Shown: in pieces, positions 15,836-23,390 of the stretch
How positions within the stretch are numbered: position 1 is the first letter of the stretch
Layout: each line of letters begins with the position of its first letter
Assembly (NCBI GenBank): GCA_947074165.1
Contig: CAMTOT010000001.1
Coordinates: forward strand, 1-36,643
Source of the DNA: an uncultured Bacteroidales bacterium
GTDB taxonomy: Bacteria > Bacteroidota > Bacteroidia > Bacteroidales > JAUNSR01
Direction of reading: 5' to 3'
Length of the DNA: 36,643 nucleotides
Notes under the pieces: generated by a model
Told to the model about the DNA's origin: nothing
The model's input: the letters and a program-made list of their open reading frames with translations, nothing else
Database searches by the model: none
Position numbers and translations under genes: made by a program

Positions 15836-16894
15836 ATGAAGATTGTAGCTGACAGTAAGATACCTTTTTTGAAAGGTGTATTTGATGATGTAGCTCAGGT
15901 GATTTATCTTGATCCGAAAGACATCAATGCGGATAGTGTAAAAGACGCAGATGCCCTTATAATAAGAACGCGCACAAGGTGTGACGCGAGTTTGCTTGAT
16001 GGGAGTAAAGTTAAAATGATCGCTACCGCTACTATTGGTTTTGATCATATTGATGCCCGGTATTGTGAGGATAATAATATTTATTGGATAAATGCTCCCG
16101 GATGTAATGCTTCTTCTGTGGCGCAATATGTGATATCGTCATTACTTGTACTGAAAGGTGAGAGTTTTGATAATATAAAAGGGCTTAATATCGGTATTGT
16201 CGGTGTCGGCAATGTCGGTAAGGCAGTAGAGAAAGCTGTAAGGGAGTATGGTCTTAATGTGTACAGATGCGACCCGTTAAGGGCGGAATCTGAACCTCAG
16301 GAGAAGTTTTATTCTCTTGAGCAGATAGGTGAGTTATGCGACGTAATTACATTCCATACACCGATAACTACTCAGGGCAGATATAAAACATATCATCTTG
16401 CCGGTAAAGCTTTTTTTGATAATCTGACTAAAAAGCCTGTAATCATTAATGCTGCACGTGGAGGAGTCGTTGATGAGGCTGCTCTTCTTGAGGCATATGA
16501 AAGGGGAGATGTAAGTAGTATGGTAATTGACTGTTGGGAAAATGAACCGGATATCAATCTTTGTCTGCTTGAGAAAAGTATTATCACTACACCTCATATA
16601 GCCGGCTATTCGGCCGACGGTAAAGCAAATGCGACAAAGATGGCCTGTAGCGCTGTAAATAGTTTCTTTAATCTTGGAAAGGAGGCTGTGATAGAATCAA
16701 TATCCGCGCCGGAACCTGAAAATAAGATTATCGACACAACATTATTAACCGGAGATAAGCAGGCTAAGGCTTATCTGTATGCTTATGATGTAAGAAGAGA
16801 CTCGGAAAGACTTGTGAATGCGCCCGATAGCTTCGAAAAGCAACGTGGAGACTACCCTTTTCGCAGAGAGATGGTCGGATATAAGATTGTTTAA
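15836..16894 (+). CDS. pdxB: 4-phosphoerythronate dehydrogenase
   Basis: The N-terminus is MKIVADSKIPFLKG and the Rossmann motif is GIVGVGNVGKAV. INAARGGVVD, DCWENEP and TPHIAGYS are D-2-hydroxyacid dehydrogenase catalytic motifs. A PdxB-type C-terminal extension is present. An ATG at 15830 is an alternative start. Confidence 0.8.
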   Translation: MKIVADSKIPFLKGVFDDVAQVIYLDPKDINADSVKDADALIIRTRTRCDASLLDGSKVKMIATATIGFDHIDARYCEDNNIYWINAPGCNASSVAQYVISSLLVLKGESFDNIKGLNIGIVGVGNVGKAVEKAVREYGLNVYRCDPLRAESEPQEKFYSLEQIGELCDVITFHTPITTQGRYKTYHLAGKAFFDNLTKKPVIINAARGGVVDEAALLEAYERGDVSSMVIDCWENEPDINLCLLEKSIITTPHIAGYSADGKANATKMACSAVNSFFNLGKEAVIESISAPEPENKIIDTTLLTGDKQAKAYLYAYDVRRDSERLVNAPDSFEKQRGDYPFRREMVGYKIV

Positions 16895-16949
16895 TAAGTT
16901 GATTATAGTTATTTAAGCGCATTATTAAATAATCAGAAATCTGTTTAAT

Positions 16950-16989
16950 AAAAAACCTCATTTACCAAATCCGGTAAGTGAGGTTTTTT
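16950..16989. terminator. Bidirectional rho-independent terminator (pdxB / purN convergent)
   Basis: Stem aacctcatttacc (16954-16966) / ggtaagtgaggtt (16973-16985) has one mismatch. It is flanked by an A-run and a T-run. Confidence 0.75.
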
Positions 16990-17013
16990 ATTAATATAAT
17001 ATGTAAAATTTGT

Positions 17014-17583
17014 TTATAAAGCAGAAATCACTTCGTCAATTACATGAGGGAAATGTGCATATTCAAGAGCGTGAACTTTAGACGCTACATCCTCATAGGT
17101 GTCACCCGGAAGTACCTCACATTTAGCCTGGAAGATGGTTTTACCTTCATCGTAGTTTTCGTTCACATAATGAATAGTAATTCCTGAATGAGACTCCCCC
17201 GCTGCTACGACCGCTTTGTGTACGTTATCTCCATACATTCCTTTTCCTCCGTAATTGGGCAATAGAGCCGGATGTATGTTAATAATCTTATCAGGATAAG
17301 AGTCAATCATATATTGAGGGATACGAAGCAGGTAACCGGCCAGCACAACAAAATCAATATCGTATTGTTTTAATATAAGAAGCACGTGCTGAGAGTCTTG
17401 CATCTGAGATGAAGTGATTACGACGGAGGGAATATTCAGATTTTGTGCTCTTTGCAGTACATAGGCATCAGGCTTATTGGAGACAATCAGCGAGATCTCA
17501 ATATTATCATTATGAGCGAAATATTGCGCTATATTCTCTGCGTTCGATCCTGAACCGGAAGCAAAAATTGCTATTTTCTTCAT
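17014..17583 (-). CDS. purN: Phosphoribosylglycinamide formyltransferase
   Basis: MKKIAIFASGSGSNAE, LAGYLLRIP, INIHPALLP and HYVNENYDEG are PurN motifs. I prefer the start at the internal Met (17583) over the ORF-track start at 17604. Confidence 0.9.
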   Translation of the reverse strand: MKKIAIFASGSGSNAENIAQYFAHNDNIEISLIVSNKPDAYVLQRAQNLNIPSVVITSSQMQDSQHVLLILKQYDIDFVVLAGYLLRIPQYMIDSYPDKIINIHPALLPNYGGKGMYGDNVHKAVVAAGESHSGITIHYVNENYDEGKTIFQAKCEVLPGDTYEDVASKVHALEYAHFPHVIDEVISAL

Positions 17584-17603
17584 TGTAGTGTGTGTTTGAT
17601 GCA

Positions 17604-17611
17604 CAAAATTA
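17604..17611 (-). promoter_or_regulatory. Candidate -7 box on the minus strand (TAATTTTG) for purN
   Basis: The + strand caaaatta is the reverse complement of TAATTTTG. It lies 21 nt upstream of the purN start and is embedded in a 9-bp inverted repeat (17600-17624). Confidence 0.35.
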
Positions 17612-17734
17612 ATTTTTTTGTGCAGTTTTGTGTATTTTGTCGTTCAAATATTTGTATATTATGGAGAAAAATGTATTTCTTTGCACTGCAAAAATACAAA
17701 AGTAAAATTATTAATTAACTAAAATCTTTAAGTT

Positions 17735-17968
17735 ATGTCTGAAATAGCATCAAGAGTAAAAGAAATTATTGTAGATAAATTAGGCGTTGAAGAATCAGAA
17801 GTAACTCCTGAGGCAAGCTTCACAAACGATCTTGGAGCAGACTCATTGGATACTGTAGAATTGATTATGGAATTCGAAAAAGAATTCGGTATTACTATTC
17901 CAGATGATCAGGCTGAAAAAATCGGTACAGTAGGAGACGCTATCTCTTATATCGAGGCTAACAAATAA
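17735..17968 (+). CDS. acpP: Acyl carrier protein
   Basis: A 77-aa protein with [17 protein letters not shown], the phosphopantetheine attachment Ser. Confidence 0.95.
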   Translation: MSEIASRVKEIIVDKLGVEESEVTPEASFTNDLGADSLDTVELIMEFEKEFGITIPDDQAEKIGTVGDAISYIEANK

Positions 17969-17991
17969 TTTTTACACTCTAAGATTCGAAG

Positions 17992-19248
17992 ATGGAATTA
18001 AAAAGAGTAGTAGTAACAGGTCTGGGAGCAATTACGCCGATTGGAAGCAATGTTGAGGAAACTTGGACAGCGCTTTGTAACGGAGTAAGTGGTGCCGGAC
18101 CTATTACTCATTTTGACGCTTCTAAATTCAAAACACAATTTGCCTGTGAGGTTAAGGACTTTGACCCATTGACAATTTTTGAAAAGAAAGAGGTAAGAAA
18201 ATTCGACCGTTATGCTCAGCTTGCTATTAAAGCTGCTAAAGATGCAGTAGAAGATTCTGCTATTGATCTTGAAACAATTGACAAGAACCGCGTAGGTGTA
18301 GTATTTTCAGCCGGAATCGGTGGTATAACTACATTCGAACAGGAAGTTGGTGGATACAATCCGGAAGTTGGTCCTAAATTCAATCCATTCTTTATCCCTA
18401 AGATGATTGGCGATATCGCAGCAGGTCATATATCAATGATGTATGGTTTCCACGGTCCGAACTTCGGCTGTGTATCTGCTTGCGCTTCTTCAACACACGG
18501 GCTTATCGATGCGTTCAACCTTATCCGTTTGGGTAAAGCGAATGTAATCGTAGCTGGTGGCGCTGAGGCGGCAATCTCTGTAGCAGGTGTTGGAGGATTT
18601 AACTCTATGCACGCATTATCAACACGTAACGATTCTCCGTCTACGGCATCTCGTCCGTTTAGCGCGTCTCGTGACGGTTTTGTAATGGGTGAAGGAGCCG
18701 GTGCATTGATCCTTGAGGATCTTGACCACGCTCTTGCACGTGGAGCTAAAATCTATGCTGAAGTAGTAGGTGGAGGTATGTCTGCCGACGCTTATCACCT
18801 TACAGCTACTCACCCTGAGGGACTAGGAGCAATCCTTGTAATGAAGAACGCGTTGGAAGACGCTGGTCTTTCTCCTGAAGACGTGGATTATATCAATGTT
18901 CACGGGACATCTACCCCTGTTGGTGATATTTCTGAGCAAAAAGCAATCAAAGCCGTTTTTGGCGAGCATGCTTATGACTTGAATATCAGCTCAACAAAAT
19001 CAATGACAGGTCACCTTCTTGGTGCCGCTGGCGCAGTAGAAGCGCTTGTTTGCGTGAAGGCAGTGGAAACGGATACAGTGCCTCCTACAATCAATCATGA
19101 AGAGGGTGATAATGATCCTGAAATAGATTACAACCTGAACTTTACTTTTGGTGAAGTACAGAAACGTACTGTGAACGTTGCGTTGTCGAATACATTCGGT
19201 TTTGGTGGCCATAATGGCAGCATTATCGTAAAAAAATTCGTGAAATAA
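17992..19248 (+). CDS. fabF: Beta-ketoacyl-ACP synthase II
   Basis: RVVVTGLGAITPIG, the active-site segment SACASS, and the HGTSTP and NSFGFGGHN-type (NTFGFGGHN) motifs are present. The gene follows acpP. Confidence 0.95.
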   Translation: MELKRVVVTGLGAITPIGSNVEETWTALCNGVSGAGPITHFDASKFKTQFACEVKDFDPLTIFEKKEVRKFDRYAQLAIKAAKDAVEDSAIDLETIDKNRVGVVFSAGIGGITTFEQEVGGYNPEVGPKFNPFFIPKMIGDIAAGHISMMYGFHGPNFGCVSACASSTHGLIDAFNLIRLGKANVIVAGGAEAAISVAGVGGFNSMHALSTRNDSPSTASRPFSASRDGFVMGEGAGALILEDLDHALARGAKIYAEVVGGGMSADAYHLTATHPEGLGAILVMKNALEDAGLSPEDVDYINVHGTSTPVGDISEQKAIKAVFGEHAYDLNISSTKSMTGHLLGAAGAVEALVCVKAVETDTVPPTINHEEGDNDPEIDYNLNFTFGEVQKRTVNVALSNTFGFGGHNGSIIVKKFVK

Positions 19249-19249
19249 A

Positions 19250-20167
19250 GTGTTTAAAGCTATCTATAATAGAATAAGGCTCTTACGGCTAAGGTCGAAA
19301 GAGCCTTATTCGGTTTATTACAAAATACTTGGCTTTGTGCCAAACGATGTGAGCATATACGAGCAGGCATTCCTTCACCGTTCATCATCTATCCGCACTG
19401 AAAAAGGCAAATGGATAAATAATGAAAGGCTGGAGTTTCTTGGCGATGCCGTATTAGATACAATAGTCGCAGATATACTTTTTCATAAGTTTGAAACTAA
19501 GAAAGAGGGATTTCTGACTAATACGAGGTCGAAAATAGTACAACGTGAAACTCTTAATCGTCTTGCCAAAGAGCTTGGTTTGGATAAACTTGTAAAATCT
19601 TCAACAAAAACCAGTTCCCACAATAACTATATGTACGGCAATGCATTTGAGGCATTTATCGGAGCCATATATATAGACCAGGGATATGATAACTGTAAGA
19701 AGTTTATAGAAGACAGAGTTATAGCGCCGTATATCAATCTGAATCAGATTGCCCGCAAAGAGGTAAACTTTAAGTCAAAACTGATTGAGTGGAGTCAAAA
19801 AAACAAGGTTAATATTCAGTTCGAGCTGATAGAGTCATTTACAGACAATGAGAATAACCCTGTTTTTCAGACACAGGTGATGATATGGGAGATACCGGGA
19901 GGCATAGGCACAGGCTACTCGAAGAAAGAGTCGCAGCAAAATGCAGCCAAGGTTACCATGAAGAAAATTCAGACTGACAAGGAGTTCCAGGATGCGATAG
20001 AGCAGGCAAAACAAAGATTTATTAGTAATGCCGAGCTTGAAGGCGGCGAACCGTCAATAGGTCTTATAGACGATGATGATATGGATCTGCTTTTTGACAG
20101 TATGGTAGAAGATATGGAGTTTACTCCTAATAATATGAATAAGAGCGATAATACAAAAGACGCATAA
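19250..20167 (+). CDS. rnc: Ribonuclease III
   Basis: It has the ERLEFLGDAVLD signature and a dsRBD-like segment (GTGYSKKESQQNAAK). A GTG start follows the fabF stop codon after a single intervening base. There is an acidic C-terminal extension of about 60 aa. Confidence 0.9.
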   Translation: MFKAIYNRIRLLRLRSKEPYSVYYKILGFVPNDVSIYEQAFLHRSSSIRTEKGKWINNERLEFLGDAVLDTIVADILFHKFETKKEGFLTNTRSKIVQRETLNRLAKELGLDKLVKSSTKTSSHNNYMYGNAFEAFIGAIYIDQGYDNCKKFIEDRVIAPYINLNQIARKEVNFKSKLIEWSQKNKVNIQFELIESFTDNENNPVFQTQVMIWEIPGGIGTGYSKKESQQNAAKVTMKKIQTDKEFQDAIEQAKQRFISNAELEGGEPSIGLIDDDDMDLLFDSMVEDMEFTPNNMNKSDNTKDA

Positions 20168-20189
20168 GGCAGTACAGGTATTATAAATG

Positions 20190-20236
20190 AAAAAGAGCAA
20201 CGGAATAATATACAATATTCCATTGCTCTTTTTTTT
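20190..20236. terminator. Bidirectional rho-independent terminator (rnc / pfkA convergent)
   Basis: Stem agagcaacggaata (20194-20207) / tattccattgctct (20216-20229) has one mismatch, which is a G-U pair on the minus-strand RNA. A-run and T-run flank it. The T-run overlaps the pfkA stop codon. Confidence 0.7.
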
Positions 20237-21260
20237 ATATATTCTCAAGATGACCAAAGCATATCCCCATCTGTTTTCCATATTCAATGAGGTCATTTCC
20301 CGGCTCAATCAACTTCAGCTTATTTGCTACGTCCTTAAGTGGTATTGATGAAATCTGACTACCCTTTACACACACCATTTTTCCGAAATCACCTTTTGAA
20401 ATCAGTTCGGTAGCATGACTGCCGAGTCTTGTCGAAAGTATTCTGTCGAAAGGAGAAGGGTTGCCCCCCCGTTGTATATGTCCCAAAACAGTTTCACGCG
20501 TATCTATACCTGTCGATTTCTTTATCATCTTTGCTATATATTCAGCAGGCTTTTTACCTTCCGGAGTCTCAATACCCTCAGCGACTACAACAATAGAATA
20601 AGGTTTTTTTCTTGCCGCCCTGAGCAGAATAAAATCATTAACATCATCAATATTATAACCCAGTTCAGGAACAAGTATTACATCGCCTCCGCCAGCCATT
20701 CCGGCATGGAGTGCAATCCACCCGGCGTGATGTCCCATAACCTCAATAACCATTACCCTTTTATGCGAGCTTGCCGTAGAGTGAAGTCTGTCTATTGCTT
20801 CTGTAGCTATATTAACAGCAGTATCAAAACCGAAAGTTATATCAGTGCCCCATATATCGTTATCTATAGTCTTCGGTACCGCTATCACATTCATTCCCAT
20901 CTCAGATATTACATTGGCAGTTTTCATGGTCCCGTTGCCACCTATGCACACTACGCAGTCAAGCCCCAGCTCATTATATGCTTTCAGAAGCTCTTCTCTT
21001 ACATTATCTTCATTGGCGGTGAGTTTTTTTCTGAACGGTTTGTCGCGTGAAGTGCCCAGTATTGTTCCTCCCAGATTAAGTATTCCTGAAAGTGATCTTT
21101 CTGTAAATGGTTCTACATCTTTATATAATATTCCCTTAAATCCGGAGTGGATGCCGATAACTTCCATCCCGTAGTGCATAATAGCGGTTTTTCCTACACC
21201 GCGTATTGTAGCGTTTATCCCGGGACAATCTCCACCTGAGGTTAAAATACCTATTCTCAT
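20235..21260 (-). CDS. pfkA: 6-phosphofructokinase (PfkA family)
   Basis: MRIGILTSGGDCPGINATIRGV, PKTIDNDI, MGHHAGW and LGHIQRGG align along the whole length with E. coli PfkA by eye. Confidence 0.9.
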   Translation of the reverse strand: MRIGILTSGGDCPGINATIRGVGKTAIMHYGMEVIGIHSGFKGILYKDVEPFTERSLSGILNLGGTILGTSRDKPFRKKLTANEDNVREELLKAYNELGLDCVVCIGGNGTMKTANVISEMGMNVIAVPKTIDNDIWGTDITFGFDTAVNIATEAIDRLHSTASSHKRVMVIEVMGHHAGWIALHAGMAGGGDVILVPELGYNIDDVNDFILLRAARKKPYSIVVVAEGIETPEGKKPAEYIAKMIKKSTGIDTRETVLGHIQRGGNPSPFDRILSTRLGSHATELISKGDFGKMVCVKGSQISSIPLKDVANKLKLIEPGNDLIEYGKQMGICFGHLENI

Positions 21261-21285
21261 AAGATGTGTTTTAAAGGTTGATAAA

Positions 21286-21293
21286 CAAAGATA
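21286..21293 (-). promoter_or_regulatory. Candidate -7 box on the minus strand (TATCTTTG) for pfkA
   Basis: The + strand caaagata is the reverse complement of TATCTTTG. It lies 26 nt upstream of the pfkA start at 21260. Confidence 0.4.
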
Positions 21294-21568
21294 TGAAAAT
21301 AATAGAGCCGTAAACGTCCGATTGGGTTTTTATATCATACGCGCAATGTGAAAATTAACGTCATAAACACTTTAAAAAACGAATATTTTTTAAATTTGTG
21401 CGTCGTTGAGCTGAGAGGTTGAGACGCATCTTGTTATATATAGCTTTTTTTAGTTAAATAATTAATAAACAGACGCGTCATAGAGAGAATGAGAAATGAA
21501 AAATCGCTGAATGATTGTTATATATAAGCGAGATTATTTCATTTTGTGAAAAAGATATTTACCGATTT

Positions 21569-23083
21569 ATGAATGCTACAACAAAGCTGATGTCGCTTAT
21601 TTTTTCAATGCGACTTCCTGACATAGAAAGATACAATACTGAAGCAAAGGAGATACAGAGTCAACAACTCTCGTATCTGATAGAACACGCCATTGATACA
21701 GAATGGGGTGTTGAACACAGATTCAGGGATATTGATTCTTATGAAAAGTTTAAAAAGAACGTACCTCTTCAGACGTATGATTCTCTTAAGCCGTATATAC
21801 GAAGAATGCTAGGCGGAGAGCAGAACATTCTTTGGGATACAGAGATTAAGTGGTTTGCCAAATCCTCGGGTACTACAAACGATAAAAGTAAGTTCATTCC
21901 CGTAAGTGATGACGCGCTTGATAAGTGTCATTATCAGGGAGGTAAAGACGCGGTGACTCTTTATCTCAAAATGAACCCCGAAAGCGGATTCTTTTCCGGG
22001 AAAGGTCTGGTGCTCGGAGGAAGCCATAAGCCGTCTGAGATAACGGAAGGTATCAGCTGCGGTGACCTGTCTGCGGTTTTAATCGAGAACATCAATTTTC
22101 TTGTCAACCTCATAAGAGTGCCTGATAAAATGATAGCGCTCATGGATGAATGGGAGGCAAAGCTTGAAAAGATGTGCGAGACTACCGTCAATGAGAATGT
22201 CACCAATATATCCGGAGTCCCGTCATGGTTTCTGGTGTTTATAAAAAAGATGATGGCTCAGAAAGGAAAGACCAATCTTCTTGATATATGGCCAAATCTG
22301 GAAGTGTTTTTTCACGGAGGTATAAGTTTCGAACCTTATCGTGAGGAATACAAAAAACTTATACCATCAGACAAGATGCATTACGTCGAAACTTACAATG
22401 CCTCAGAAGGATTCTTTGGTATACAAAATAGTTTTGATGAAAGATCAATGCTGCTTATGATTGACCTGGGGGTATTCTTTGAGTTTATACCTCTTGATGA
22501 GATTGATAATGAAAATCCTACCACACTACCATTGTGGGAAGTAGAAACAGATCAAAACTACGCGCTTGTCATATCTACCAACTCGGGTATGTGGCGCTAT
22601 ATAATAGGTGATACAGTTAAGTTTACATCAGCCCATCCGTATAAGTTTGTTATTACCGGACGTACCAAACATTTTATAAATGCATTTGGAGAGGAGCTTA
22701 TGGTAGCCAATGCCGAAAAAGGGATTACAGAAGCTTGTCGCCGCACCGGTGCGATAGTAAAAGAATATACTGCCGCCCCTACATATATGAATGACAACAG
22801 CAAAGGGCATCATACATGGATGATAGAGTTTTATAAAAAACCCGACGATATAGAGCAGTTTGCGGATATACTCGACGAAGAACTGCAAAACGTAAACTCA
22901 GATTATGAAGCTAAGCGATATAAAAGTTTATTTCTTTCGAGACTTGAACTTATAGAGGCCCGCGAGAATCTTTTTTATGACTGGATGGATAAAAGAGGCA
23001 AGCTCGGAGGACAGCACAAAGTACCGCGTCTGAGCAATAGCAGGGAATACCTTGAGGATCTGCTCACTATGAATAATATATAA
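21569..23083 (+). CDS. GH3-family (auxin-responsive-promoter family) acyl-adenylate-forming enzyme homologue
   Basis: FAKSSGTTNDKSKFIP (compare plant GH3 SSGTS...P), YNASEGFFG and ITGRTKHFINAFGEE are present. Size and layout match Bacteroidota GH3 homologues. I prefer the ATG at 21569 over the TTG at 21515. Confidence 0.8.
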   Translation: MNATTKLMSLIFSMRLPDIERYNTEAKEIQSQQLSYLIEHAIDTEWGVEHRFRDIDSYEKFKKNVPLQTYDSLKPYIRRMLGGEQNILWDTEIKWFAKSSGTTNDKSKFIPVSDDALDKCHYQGGKDAVTLYLKMNPESGFFSGKGLVLGGSHKPSEITEGISCGDLSAVLIENINFLVNLIRVPDKMIALMDEWEAKLEKMCETTVNENVTNISGVPSWFLVFIKKMMAQKGKTNLLDIWPNLEVFFHGGISFEPYREEYKKLIPSDKMHYVETYNASEGFFGIQNSFDERSMLLMIDLGVFFEFIPLDEIDNENPTTLPLWEVETDQNYALVISTNSGMWRYIIGDTVKFTSAHPYKFVITGRTKHFINAFGEELMVANAEKGITEACRRTGAIVKEYTAAPTYMNDNSKGHHTWMIEFYKKPDDIEQFADILDEELQNVNSDYEAKRYKSLFLSRLELIEARENLFYDWMDKRGKLGGQHKVPRLSNSREYLEDLLTMNNI

Positions 23084-23099
23084 ACATTTTTATATACAT

Positions 23100-23156
23100 A
23101 AACAGACAAAGCGGCCCGGCGATACTATAATCGTCAGGCCGCTTTGTCTGTTTACC
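23100..23156 (+). terminator. Long perfect hairpin, probable terminator of the GH3-family gene
   Basis: aaacagacaaagcggcc (23100-23116) is perfectly complementary to ggccgctttgtctgttt (23137-23153), a 17-bp stem with a 20-nt loop. Only a short T tail follows (the stem itself ends in ttt). Confidence 0.6.
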
Positions 23157-23245
23157 TCGGTGTAAAGGTGGCTAAACAGCCAAATTAGTGTATAATAACA
23201 ACACTTAATTAGCCGAATAGGCAAAAGTCATAAATATTATTCTTA

Positions 23246-23355
23246 CTTTCAAAAATCTGTGCCACGTACATGTCACGCTTCTGCCATGTACGTGGCATAA
23301 CTGTGACATGTACGTGTCTGTGTCGTGCCATGTACGTGGCAAAAGTTTTTGAAAG
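23246..23355. repeat. Array of four 16-bp TGCCA-N6-TGGCA quasi-palindromes with an exact 22-bp period, nested in a 32-nt inverted repeat
   Basis: The units start at 23260 (tgccacgtacatgtca), 23282 (tgccatgtacgtggca), 23304 (tgacatgtacgtgtct) and 23326 (tgccatgtacgtggca). The outer arms 23246-23277 and 23324-23355 are complementary at 28 of 32 positions, including ctttcaaaaa / tttttgaaag. Confidence 0.85.
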
Positions 23356-23390
23356 CATTAAATTGAAAAATGATAATAACCATTGAATAA

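Noticed and set aside
15704-16126. 140-aa minus-strand ORF spanning the DUF4254/pdxB intergenic region and the 5' end of pdxB
   Set aside because: It overlaps the well-supported pdxB frame in antisense. Its composition is low-complexity and Ile/Tyr/Asn-rich, as expected from AT-rich antisense sequence, and it has no recognisable motif.
20415-21050. 211-aa + strand ORF (and 20845-21174) antisense to pfkA
   Set aside because: It lies entirely within the strongly supported pfkA gene on the opposite strand. The sequence is Ser/Arg/Tyr-rich nonsense with no motifs.
23246-23355. Interpreting the 22-bp array as plasmid-type iterons/replication origin, as a CRISPR array, or as a sigma-54 promoter (TGGCA...)
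   Set aside because: - Iterons: there is no rep gene or DnaA boxes, and the context is chromosomal housekeeping.
- CRISPR: the units are 16 bp with 6-bp spacers, far too short, and there are no cas genes.
- Sigma-54: GG-N10-GC spacing is not satisfied after either TGGCA. The downstream positions read AC or TG instead of GC.
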